A stretch of 64,000 nt of DNA from Trichosphaerium sp. ATCC 40318 (Eukaryota > Protista > Tubulinea): NCBI GenBank assembly GCA_038496445.1, contig JALMLS010000030.1:124001-188000 (forward strand), in the 5' to 3' direction. This document shows, one piece after another, positions 1-12,600 of this stretch. Below the pieces are notes generated by a model that searched no databases, was not told where the DNA came from, and saw nothing but the letters and a program-made list of their open reading frames with translations. Position numbers and translations under genes: made by a program. How positions within the stretch are numbered: position 1 is the first letter of the stretch; each line of letters begins with the position of its first letter.

Positions 1-591
1 CCAAATACATGTTTGTGCTGCTAAAGCCGGTGTTGACGCAACAACAAGAGTGTTAGCACTTGAGTGGGCAAAGCACGGCATTCGGGTGAATGGTAAGTCC
101 AAATATCCCGAATTTTTCCCGTTGTTTACAAATACACAAGGTGTTGCTCCTGGTCCTATTGGTGGTACAGAGGGTATGAAACGTTTGGCACTTCCTGGTT
201 TCCGCGCTCAAGATTTACTATCAAAGCGTATGGGTACACCAACAGAGATTGGACATGCTTGTGTATTCCTTGCTTGCAGTCGTAAGTGAAATGGTTTTTT
301 TCAAACAAAAAAAAAAAAAACTTTGTACATTGTGACACGTGACATGTCATGTGTCATTCCGCTTATTTTTTCCCTTTTCAATACCTTCTCACTATTGTCT
401 TACAATTTTTTCCTTTACTTGTAGCATACATATCTGGAGAAATCATTACAGTTGATGGAGGTCAACAGAATGTTGTTGGAGCCAGTATTCCACAAGAAGT
501 TTACGAACAATTCCGCGATAATTCTAGAAAGCTTCAATTGAAGCAAAAGGCAAAACGTGAAGCTGAAAGGAGACAAAGAGCAAAGTTGTAA
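1..591 (+). CDS. DECR2: Peroxisomal 2,4-dienoyl-CoA reductase-like SDR (5'-partial, spliced)
   Basis: Exons read HVCAAKAGVDATTRVLALEWAKHGIRVN / VAPGPIGGTEGMKRL / RMGTPTEIGHACVFL / YISGEIITVDGG, the C-terminal half of a DECR2/SPS19-type SDR; ends in PTS1 -AKL*. Confidence 0.85.
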
Positions 592-821
592 CAAACCCTT
601 TTACAATAAAAACTGCTGCGAATGCCTTGAGACGCGCTTAAAGTCTCGTCTCTTGCTAATTAAGTCAAGTTGTTTGTGTACTCTTTCATATGCTTTCATT
701 TGCAGCTAGGTAAGATATAGTAGTGATAAGGAGTGTTTAAAGAGCTTTTTGGACTAAATCAGGCTACAGGTCTGCTCGTCATACTCGCAAGGTCTGTAGT
801 GCGTCTACATCAACACGCGCA

Positions 822-2255
822 ATGTCGTCGCAACGACTAAAAAGCGTTCCGCCAAGTCATATCAAACCTACAGCAAAACACGAAGCAAGGTTACCACAGC
901 TTTTTTGACGCGTATTAAACAATATTTAGCGCAATATTTCTTCATGGCTTAGGAGACAGCGCGTACGTTTCGTACCTGAAATAATTTAATACTAACAGAG
1001 CTATAGAGAAGGTTGGTTATCAGCTATGCAAATATTAGCTCACCGTACACCTTCTATCCATTACATCATCCCCAACGCGTACGTAGGCTTAGAAACATTC
1101 CAAAGGAAGCATTAATGCTCCAAACAAACGCATTTTATAAACTAACAACTGAGAAATAGACCTCACAGGCCTGTAACTATCAATGGCGGTATGGTGCGTT
1201 ATATCTAGCATACAACACAAGGACACCTTTTTGCATTTGACACAAAGACTGCTCTATAACTTTGTGAGCTAATCACGTGACAAAAAAAACTGTTTTTTTT
1301 AACGGTTAATTTACAAGTTCGTTTTTAGAGTATGCCTGCATGGTATGATATAAAAGATCTTTGTACGGTTTGTTTATAAATTCATTGTTGAATTTTATGT
1401 CTGATGTAATGTTCAGCAAATAGAGAAGGAGAGGACTTTGATGGTCTTGATGAGACAAAAGAAACAAGTAAGCTTTGAGAGTCAACCTTTGATTTTTTTA
1501 TGATTTTAACGGACTTTGGCCTTAGTTTATGATTTGATACAAGCGGAACTTGATGCTGGTATCCCGTCTGATAAAATTATCGTTGGTGGTTTCTCTCAAG
1601 GTGGAGCATCAGCGCTATACGCTGGGTATGAATAGTTCTTTCGAAGCTTTTTGTCGTCAAGAAGAATTTTCTCATTATTTTTTTTATTTCTTACAATTAT
1701 ATAGTTATCAGTATGATAAACCACTAGCAGGAATAGCATCTTTATCAGCATATTTGCCAAAGATCAACTCTTTCCATAAGGTAAAAAAGTAGTAGTGATT
1801 TCAAAAAAAAAAAACAATATTCAATGCTGATCGTTTTTCTTAGTTAATAAATTCTGCTAATGCTAATACCCCATTATTCTGGTATGCTAATAAATGCATG
1901 TATTATTTTATTTGTTTATTAATACCTATTATAGGGGTCATGGAGACTGGTACTTCAAAAAAAAACTATAAAAAACACGACTTATTCAATTCATTTTCCA
2001 ACTCATTTTACTTAGTGACCCAATGGTTCGTATTGACTGGGGAAAACAAAGTTTTAAGACTCTTCAAAATAACGGAGTCAAAGGAGAGTTTAATACTTAC
2101 CAAGGTACGGTGAACAACGCCACAGAGCAAAGACATAAAACACAAATTTTTTAACTGAATTCTTTTAAGGCATGCAACATTCAGCGTGTGAACAAGAACT
2201 TGATGACCTATTACGATTTATGCAAAAGTGCCTACCTGAAAAAGCTAAATTATAA
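822..2255 (+). CDS. Acyl-protein thioesterase / lysophospholipase (abhydrolase_2), multi-exon
   Basis: IFLHGLGDS, PVTINGGM-MPAWYDI, IIVGGFSQGG (nucleophile), GHGTG-DPMV, GMQHSAC; ends CLPEKAKL*. Confidence 0.9.
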
Positions 2256-2309
2256 ACAGACAATAATAAATACGATAATAGCATATAGATTAACAGTCAT
2301 CTATGTTTG

Positions 2310-4913
2310 TTATAAAGCGATAACCGAGATCAAGGTTAAAAGATTGCAAAGCAGCTTTTCTTGTCTGTGCAACTCTGAAATACTGCGCTTATCCTATTGG
2401 TGTTATTATTGAAAACAATCACATGATCTGATCGAGCACACCAAAGAGAATTTGATTGAAGTTCGAATTTGTCGATGGATTTTTTTTATTTAAATAGTTT
2501 TCTTTTTTACAATCATGGTATAGCTTCTGCTATGTTGCCATTTCCATATGAATTTGTTCTTTGCTTATTTACACTACTACCTATAGTAGTCCTTTTGTTA
2601 AAACGCTCAGAAAGAACCAAGGAAGGAACTATTATAGGTGTAGCAGCTGCTAATGCTAGAATAAGAATTCCGCTTGAAACAATATAGAAAACTTGAAAGT
2701 ATCGCTTATCTTTGATACCAATTAACAGAGAACAAAAGAGTAATCCTATATTTAAAGTAAATCACACGTGTTCTAATTGTTCAGGTTGAGTGAAAGAACG
2801 TACCAAATACAACAGAGTTGTACACTGCCAAACTAACATACTTTTCGTCTATTGATTTGTACTTTGATTTCAGTGTTCTTACTGTGAACGCAAGCCATCC
2901 AAATACAAGAAGTGATAGTAGCTTAAGCCCCACAGAAACCGAGGCAAAGTATATATTTACTGAACAAAACAGGTCAACTGTATCAAACCTAGTGGAGTGA
3001 TAAGCAAAAATGAGAAAAAACCCAGAATTGTAAAGGATGTAAATTCGCTTTTTGTACCTTTCTTTAACTTGATTCAATTCAACCCTAGATGGTGCTACCA
3101 GTTGCCAAATAGTCACAAATATTATTTCAATGATGACAGATCCTAAAACAATCTTTGCTAGTAGAGTATCTTTGATAGTAACAATTTTCTTTGCTACGTT
3201 TGACTTGAACAAAACACAAATTCTCGCAATCTTAACCAAACTCCCAGTGTACGCCTATAGTTAAGTCAACACTAATAAAAACTAGTTATCAAATACGTAC
3301 CAGTGAATACCCAACACTCATTGTCCATATCCGTAGTGAACATGATGTAGCACTGGGTTCTTCAAGCCAAAAAAAAATTGAAGAAACGAAGATCGCGAAC
3401 CCAGATAGAGATAGTATGCTGAACCAAAACCCTTTCTTTCCATTTTCTGTATCTCGTAGTGATAAATGATATACAGCAATACCCATCAACACTATAATTT
3501 CTATGGCCGCTATACAGACAATCACTATTGTCCCAGGCTTGGAGAAATCAACCCATTTCTAAGAAAAAACCAATTACTAAAAAACTGAAGACTGGGCGTT
3601 CTTACCACTATTTTGGGTGACACATCATCACAGTTTGGTCCTTCCCAGCCTATTTCGCATACACAAGTAAACGTGATATTATTATTGACGCATGAACCAC
3701 TCTGTTGATTGCAACTCTTAAGACAAGCCTCTTTATCTGAATCGAATATTCCAATTGTATCTAGCAACGCAAATACACATCTGTAGTTTAAAGGAAACGT
3801 CCAGTGAGAGTATCCTCCGAGTACAGCTGCACTTGAATTATTCTGTATATAAAATAGAGAGAGAATCAATTGTCTAGGCAAAGTGTTAGAGATACTACGA
3901 CAAACAAAGGAAGTTGGAAATTTGTTTCAAAACAAGATAAAAAAAAAGTTGAAACTCTGTACCTTATTTCAATAACTTCACTGGCTTGATCTGTTATCGC
4001 AAAAGGCCATTCAGGGAAAAGTTGTGTAGTACGAGGGAATACAAAGTCAGAGGTTATTTCTTCAAAAATCTCGTATTCTTCGGCGTATTGAGGGAAGTCT
4101 TGGATGAATTTCTCAATTTGATCAGTACGTATAAATCCAACATCTGTCACACCATCAAAAACGTTTTGAGTGATTTCATTTTGATTTGGAATGAAAGTCA
4201 CGTTCAGTTTTGACGTATCAACGCCTCTCTCCTTCAAGTATCCTATCTGCATGAGGTAACCGCCAAGTCCAGTTGTACTAACGGCTTGAATACGAGAGTT
4301 TACAATATCATCAATAGTCGTAATATTATTCCTCTTTAACGTCAATATAACTCCTCCAAACTGCGTCAATACATTCCCTTGGCGTAGATTTACAAGACTA
4401 GCAATACGTGAAATAGAATACTTTACCTATAACAAACATCAATAGACGTATTCCCATAAAACAGTTCACTGTACAAAAAAAGAATAAAAAAACGTCATTT
4501 TTTCCGTTTTGTTGCAAAAAAGAGTTTCTCCGTACCTCCATCACCATGTAATGTGCAGGGTTTGTAAAAACAAAGTCAACAGTACCATTAGCTACGACTT
4601 GTTCGAGTTCTTCGGTGTGTAAGGCTAAAATAGAAAAAGTGTGCGTCGCAGAGAAAAATTGACTAGAAGTGTCTTGTAGGTGCTTTGCAGTTGGTTCCCA
4701 TTGGTTTACCGCGTCATCAATGCCTCTATTAGCCAACACGCCTAAAAATGGGTCAAACAAAGCTTATATAGCATTAAATACCTATTATGAAGTGTTCTGA
4801 GCGTATTGGCACCATTTGTGAAAGAAATAGTAGAATTTGAACCCTACAGTCAAAACATTACATTAAAATACTTCTATCGCGTTTATAAGAGCTTACAATA
4901 CCAATAGCGACAT
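2310..4913 (-). CDS. Class C-type 7TM GPCR with N-terminal phosphonate-binding (PhnD/TtrS-like) periplasmic-binding domain and an EGF domain
   Basis: Signal peptide MSLLVLVQILLFL; GVLANRG..QWEPTAKHL, VDFVFTNPAHY, FGGVIL, VSTTGLGGYLMQ, DVGFIRTD, TQLFPEWPFA; EGF C..GSC..CVCEIGWEGPNC; 7tm_3 motifs CSLRIW, KIARI, DEKYVSLAVYN. 3' end approximate. Confidence 0.8.
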
Positions 4914-6662
4914 TGCCAATAGTGTATTATTTGTTTTCGTTACAATTCGCGTGTAAACAACAGATAGACGTTAAAATCAATACCAAGTTCGTGAATTCTG
5001 TCTACAAAGATGTGCGGTTTTTAAAGTAGGTTATCGAATACCTTGTTGTTTTCCAGAAAATAGTCTATTTTTAGAAAATTCTTATCCAAAAAATTAAAAC
5101 CAAACTGGCTAGTTAAGGAAAAAAGCTATCTTGGTCCTTTTGAGTTCCGTTCGTTTCTCGGTATTTTCCATTATCATATTAATACGATATTCTTACGGAT
5201 TGTGGAACCGAAATTCTTGGTAACAATTTAATTGGGTTTGACCTTAATAACTCTATTTGTGGTAGGGCTAAGCCTGAGTTTGTGAACATAGGCAGACCAT
5301 ATTCCTAAAAAGGATATCCATTACTTAACTACTACCACCCGGAATCATCTATCAGAGTCGGAAATCCATTTTAGATTTTAGTCGCGACTAGTCCAATAAA
5401 TGCTCTTTTTTACAAAGTTGCTCGTGTTATAGACTAATGGAGGTGTTGTTTTATGACAAATACATGCTTGTTGCAAAATGTCGCTATATTACGCGAATTC
5501 TCCTGAAATATCACGAATGCACTTTCAATTATTAGACTAATTTTACGTTGTCTTGCAATACTGTAACTTAAAAATGTGAAGAGTATGAGTTCAGCAATAT
5601 TGACCAGTATTATGCAAGGAATATGTTTAACCAGACGTTATGGGATACTTTCAAATACTGCAAAATTTTATGAGTACCTAACGAAAAAGTACCAACCACC
5701 ACTTTTTTTTTGCTGTGAAAAAGGATCTCAGAGTCTGAAAAAGGGCTCAGGATTTTACTTATTGGAAACACAAATTACAAAATTTGAAACGTAAATGACG
5801 TGTGATTTTTTTCGAAAAAAATATTGTTTTGCCATAACATCCCTACCTCTTCAACATGAAAGAAACTAGCACCTAGATTATTTTGTGAACCTAGCAACGA
5901 ATTTGTTTCCATTGTCACTGTTTACATTCTGCACTATTGTACGACCTTAGGTGCTGAAAAAAAACCCCCGCTCTCCCATTCCATTGTAATTATTGGATAG
6001 GCAAGGGTGGTTCATTTCCAAGCTACATAAGCGAAACTTTTATACTTAAGTTATTTTTATAAATATCACGCAATCATGTGATCACAAAGAGTGCTTGTCT
6101 AGATCCATAGATCTAACCTTTGTAGCTACAAAGGCATCCAAATCATATGAGTTGGGACTCATTATATAAAGATTTAGTACAAAACTGCGTTTTGATGTCC
6201 AGCAACAAAGAAAAAGGTAGTAATTCAAAATAAGAAAGAACATAGAAGTACGAAGAGGGTATTTACAGTCGTTGAGGTATCTAAACCCCTAAATTTAACA
6301 AAACTCTTTTGGGTATTCTTTGCAAACGCTGTCATCAGTGCAGTTCGAGCATAAGGCACTTAGATTGGTATCAGTCTGAGGTTCCGGTTCCCTAAAATTA
6401 CAATAAATTTCCATTTGGGCAAATATGGGATTAAATCAACTTCACTAAAGAATCACGAATACCAGAAATCGAATTCCATAAACCAAGATGTAGAATACCA
6501 AGAAAAACACACTCTGCCATCAGTGTTTGTACTTCAAGGGTGGACCACTCTTAAATGAGTATCTTTTTGGTTTTTTGCTTTGATTTGGTTTTATTATACA
6601 TTGTAAAAGTACATTACACATTGTGGTGGGATTGGTTTTTTTTTGCCTTTTTTTTTTTTTGT

Positions 6663-9600
6663 TTAGAACAGTCTCAGCTTACGTTTTGCTTCTTTTTGTC
6701 GCCAAGGCTCAAGCTTTGAAAAAGATTCTTTGTCAGTACCAAAATACTGAGCAAACTCAGCGTCATTGAGGTATTTCTAAGGAACAAAAATGATTAGCAA
6801 ACTCACTAAATAAAACTAAAAAAAAAAGCTTTGGGTTTGCTGAACTCATAAAGGAGACACTATCATTCGTTCTTACCTCTAAATGTGTAGGATCAAGTTC
6901 CCGCCTTCTAGGAGTTTTACATAGTTCCTCATAGGTAACTGCAGTTTCGAAAGGTAGATAACTAAGTGATGATCAACACAACATTTTAAGCAAGTAACAT
7001 AAAAAAAAAAAGGAATTGGTCTTCGTACTCGATTTCAGGTTGTTCAGCCTCTTCAGCATCCAGCTGCTCCGCAAGCTTATCTATGGCTTCTTTACGTTTA
7101 AGCATCTTATCATGAAGTTCTGGATGCTTTTCCTTTATATGAGCCATAGCTGGCTTATCCTCTAACTTTACTGGACGTAACTCAAAATTTTCAATAGATT
7201 TAGTAATGGCAGGTCGGAATTGAGGAGCCTTGAAAGAAAGTCAGTGGGTGTTGCAGTGGTACTTAAGGGTGCCCTTAATTTCGTAGGCTTCAAAACAAGA
7301 TCTTTACATACCACTTGAATAGACTTCAACTCATTAACAAGTTCACTAGAATGTACACTCAACTCAGTACTCTTAATCAAATGATATCTCTCAAGGTTCG
7401 TCAATGCTTTTTCTGTCAAGTTATCACAACTCTTTAGTGTTATCGATCGAATTGCAGGAAGGTATTTTGCCTAAAAAGAAAGAGCTTGTCAACAACAGCA
7501 AGTACTGGGTTACATTGTTAGCGTACCAGAGCAATAACAGACTTATCTGTAAGTTTACTTAGACCTGAAAGGTCTAAAGATCGTATTGATGGTACAGCAG
7601 CAGCTAGAGCATGAACGCCAGAATCTGAAACACTGTAACACCTAGTAGTATTCTTGTAAATAAAAGTTTGAAGAAGAGATGTTGAGGGAGTGAACATACT
7701 TGGCAAGTTTTATGGTGCGTAATTTCCTCATATGTTGAGCAATATTACAAAGAGCTCGATCAGTAACAACACAACCACACATATCAAGGAAAGTCAAGTT
7801 AGCAAGAGACTTGCAAATCGTCTCAATACCAACATCCTAAAAAAACTCCTTTAGACACAAAAAAGTAGCTAAAAAAATAAAGAAAAAAAAAACTGATGTG
7901 AGGTTTTCTCATTTCGTTTGGAGGCCTCCAGCGCTCTTATATACACCCTTTTATGAATATAGTTGTGTATACCAATGACAGATGTATGGTAAGTGATTTA
8001 CGTACTGAGAATTTTGAGCAATTTGCGATATTCAAATGTTTAAGTGTGAATGAATGTTTTGCCAAAAGCATACAAACATTATCAGTTATTTGCATACGGC
8101 TTATATCCAGATGTGTCAACTTTTTTAATCTAAGAATAACTTTACATATTGATGCATCATTACCAGGACAACCAGAAACATCAAGTTGTGTTAACTACAT
8201 CAAAAAGATTAAAAATGGAAAAAAAAAAAAAGAGAAAAGAATAAGAAAAAAATGAGAAGCAATTCTGCGTGAAAAAAAAAGCTGTCCACGTGTACATTTT
8301 GAGAATATTCAGCTATCTCTGAAATACACTCGTGGTTGATTCCTTGACATGTATTTAGTGTTAACGTTTGTAGATTTATTGCTCGTTTGACTAAGGAACG
8401 TAATGGATCTAAACCAAAGCGGTGAAGACCTAAAGAAGAGTTAGGCAAGAACTCGTATTAAAGTCTTTGTGCCTGATATATTAAGGTGCTTTAGAGGTTC
8501 ACCAAGAGCAGTGGCTATATCCATACAAACTTGAGGTAAACGTTCGATGTCTAATTTAGATAGATTCCTTAGTAGCATATCGGACATGTTCAGGCTTTCA
8601 AGATTAGGGAACAAAGCGTTTGCCATTATTAAAAAGTCGTCTAAGTCTTTTAAAGGGCATCTAAAAAAATGAAAATAAGCACCGCACCATCAACAGGTAC
8701 TAGATGTTAGAATACCTTGAGATATCAAGGCGTTTCAAATTAAAGAATCGAACAAGACCTCTCTACAAAAAAAGTTAAAAAAAAGTTCATTGACAAGGTA
8801 TATGTGTAGCGTACATAGCCTTTAGCGTAGATCTTGACGTTTCGAATATTGAGCTCAACAAGGTTTGGTAAGTACCTATCATACGTAATAATTAATTAAA
8901 GCCGTTGAAGAGGTATTGCGTACATGGATAGCGTCTCGATTGCAGTGTCTTTGACACGGTAGTCAGACTCTAGAGCCAAGCTCGTTAAATTTGTAGCACC
9001 TCTTGCAACAGCCATGATAGCCTTAATGAGTCTTTAGCATATACCACAACAATCGAATATATTGCATACCTCATCCGTAAGCATGGAGCATCCGCTGAAA
9101 TTGAGAGATTTTAAGTTGTACTTGTTGTGTGGCACTAGTATCTAATTTAAGAACAAAATAGAAACGTTTTGTCTTGACGTACTCGACGAGAAAAATTCTT
9201 CAACAACCTCTACGCCTATTTTCGAACAAGATCGAAGTGATAGGAACTTTAAAGAGTAACATTTATAATGATGAAGATAGTAGATAGCCTTTGAAGTCAA
9301 CTTGCATTTCTCAACATTCAAGTGAACGATGTCTATCGCCTTGATTAGAAAGTTTTTAAACAAATTTCTTTGACTTACTTTTGCAATTACAAGCGATGTA
9401 CTTGATCGCTTTATCTGTTAATGTGGTTACAGCTGTGAGGTTAAGCTTTGTGAGATTCTCACAGTTTCGTGAAAGGTGCTTGATGGCCTTAAGAAATTGG
9501 TAAGCAAGTTTAAGCGACATGTTAGCATACAGTGTTTGTTATTGTACATCCGGTGAAATCGGCTTCGTGAAGGTTTGTGCATGTCTCAGATAATGACTTA

Positions 9601-12600
9601 ACGCCCTTGTCTGTTATAGATTCACAATATGCTACATTTATGCTGAGCATTTGTGGTAAAATCTTTGATACTTCAAACAACATTGAATCTTAACAGAAAA
9701 GTTAAAACAAAGGTACTCATTCAAAACCGAAGTTTCTAACATTTTACCTGACATTGTAGGACATTCAGATAAATCCAGAGTTGTTGTATTTTTAAATAAT
9801 TCAGATAAACGAGAACTCATTAACTTGGAATGAAGACACATCTCAATAATCGACTTGAGAGCAGTTCTGTAAAAAAAAATTAGAAAAAAAAATCTAAGTT
9901 CGGCTTTAACAGTTTGTACGTACCCTTGCAGAGCAATAACACTTTTAAGTTGCTTATCAAGATAAGTTATATCAGATTTGAGTACCCTCTGAAAATATTT
10001 TGCAGCTTGTCCAACAAATCCTTAAGGACAGGGTCAGCTGAAACTTAATAGTAAATTATATACTAACCTTTGTGTTTAAGTTCCTCGTGGTAATGCAAGT
10101 CAGCGTAGTTATAATAACTCTTTGCTAGCTTGAATGTAATATATATATCCCTTGGATAATGTTTATGAAGAACTTGAAACATCTCTGCAGCAGCAAAGAA
10201 GTACTTTCTATTTGCTATAAAAAGGTCAACAAAAAACCAAAACGCAAAAAAAAAATCCAATTACTTTTAGCCTTCTTAAAGAGCTCATTAGCCCGTCTCT
10301 TTAATTTCTCAAGCTCACTGCTATCTTCTTTAATAAGTAGTTTATACTTTTGCGCAGCTAAAAAATAAAGAATCAGCAGAGTGTTTAATAGAATAAACTA
10401 AACACGTGCCTTCACGAAAGTACTTTTCAAAAGCATCACTCTCTTCATCTATAACACTTGCATAATAAATCAACGCATCACCTAGATGAACACATGATAA
10501 GAAAAATAGTGTACTTAACATGTACCACATACCCCATAATATAAGCAAATCACGTAACATCTTCTTAACCTCATCAATACGCTCATTCCGTAATGAGCTG
10601 ACATTAAGCGTTGTCTCATCTCTCATGTGAGCAATCGTAGTTTTATCACAACCATCTGTACTAGAACGTAACGGTACTGTATAATCAGACTGTTTCTAAA
10701 AAACAAGTCAACAAAATGAGTACAATGCTAAACATAAAGATTTAAACACGTGCCGGTGATATCAAAGAAGAGGTAGTAGAACAAGAAATGTCTTCATTTC
10801 CAGAATTTGATAAATGATCCAAATAACCTGATGGCCTTAAGGTTGTTGGGAGAGGCGCTATTGGAAGGCGTGCTATTTGAATAAGCAAGAGCGAAAGATG
10901 AAGCCATAAAGTATAAGAAAAGGGGCTTACGCTTAGTTCCAGGCATTGGTGGTGGGTGAGGGACATTGACATAGCCTAGTTCAGCAGGCGCAAGTGTAAC
11001 TTTTCTTGGAGATGGATCATCATGTGGATGAAGAAAAACGTTCTCATAACCAGGTACATTTGCCAATGTAGGAGAACTATTCTTACTATTCAAAGGAGAA
11101 CTAGTGTTGCTGACACCATTGTTATCTCCGTCCAAGTCTTTATAGCTGTCTATGACGATGTTAATCGTGTTCAAAATGATTTTGTATAAAAGTGTGTACT
11201 GTCACATTTGCGCATTTGAGGTGGTGTAGGCCAAGTTTCTGAGCCTCCAGTTGGAACAGGTGGTGGTACGGGTGGTGGTAACGGTGGCATAGTTTCCAGG
11301 GTCGCTTTTAGGGCTTTATGTGTGCTACTATTTACAGGCGGAGGTAGAACAGTGGCTGTTTCAAGTATTTTTTTGCCTTTCTTCTGGGTGGACTCTAAAG
11401 CCTTGTTTTAAAACTTCATAATTACTTCAACAACATACCTGTAGCATCACGTGTATTAAAAAAAGCTGATGCTTCGTCGTCAGAAAAAGAATCGTCAAGA
11501 TCAAGAGGTTCAGATAAAGACAAGTTAGAGTTTATAGTCCTTATATCTTCAACTTTCTTGTTGAATTTCCTTATATCTTTCAACATTGTCAACCGCGCGT
11601 TTTTGATTTCTGGTACACTTGTCATTGATTTCAGGTTTTCTTGTGATCCTTTATCGATAACTAAACGCTCATTAATTGATATAGGGCATAAAACAAAGGG
11701 AAAAATAAGTGAAAGATATGTACAAGAATCAGCTGTTTTATCTGCAACGCTTATAACAGAAAGAGCCTTGTAGTCATTGGGTTCAACACGTTGTATCTTT
11801 CTAACTTTTCCAGAGCGTTTACTAGTCTGTGTCATATTCTTCAAGTCTACAACATGAACCTAGAAGCTGTGAGACATATACTGTAAAATAAGTAAGGCTT
11901 GGTTACTTTGGTACTGAAAAAGTCGTGATCTAGCACAAGCTGTTCTTTGCTATTAAGATACGCCGTTTCAAGCATCGCTGCAGTAACATCATCATATTCC
12001 TCCCATTGACCATAGTTAACCCAACGCCAAACACCAGGACCTTCAGATATATCTTGAGACTTATCTAAACAACACATCAACAAAAAAAAACATACAACAT
12101 TCCACGTGGTTATGGATACGTACTTGGTACATGAGGTGACAATGATATATTATCCATGAAAGAGTTAGGTTTCTTTAAGTTTGCAGTATGATGTCTCCTA
12201 TAACAATACGGCATAAGTCAAACTATTCTTAACAGCGTAAACGTACACTTCTTGCAACATAACATTCCTTGGAATTTCTCTAAAGGTTGTTGGTGATTCA
12301 AGCTTTATGTTCTCAACTATTTCTGTTGGATTAACATCCCAAACACTATTTTCTAGTTCTCCTTCAACAAAATTGGAGAAAGAATGCTTTAGAGTATTTC
12401 TACTGTTATTCCTGACAACTTTTCCACTTGGTCCGCTATGATTACTCCGATTACCTTTTCGTAGTCTTCCAGTTATCAACTAGTAATGAAACTAAGTAAG
12501 AGAGCAGAGGTATGGAATGAGGAATCATACCTTGTTACTAATAATACGACCTTTAAATCTTTTTAAATTGGCATACAAACTCGCTGCTAGTGTATGAACA

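Noticed and set aside
5000-6600. Possible gene or ncRNA between the GPCR and CLU genes (exon-like minus-strand pieces, ORF 5576-5794)
   Set aside because: No consistent spliced frame or recognisable motif; at most decayed sequence
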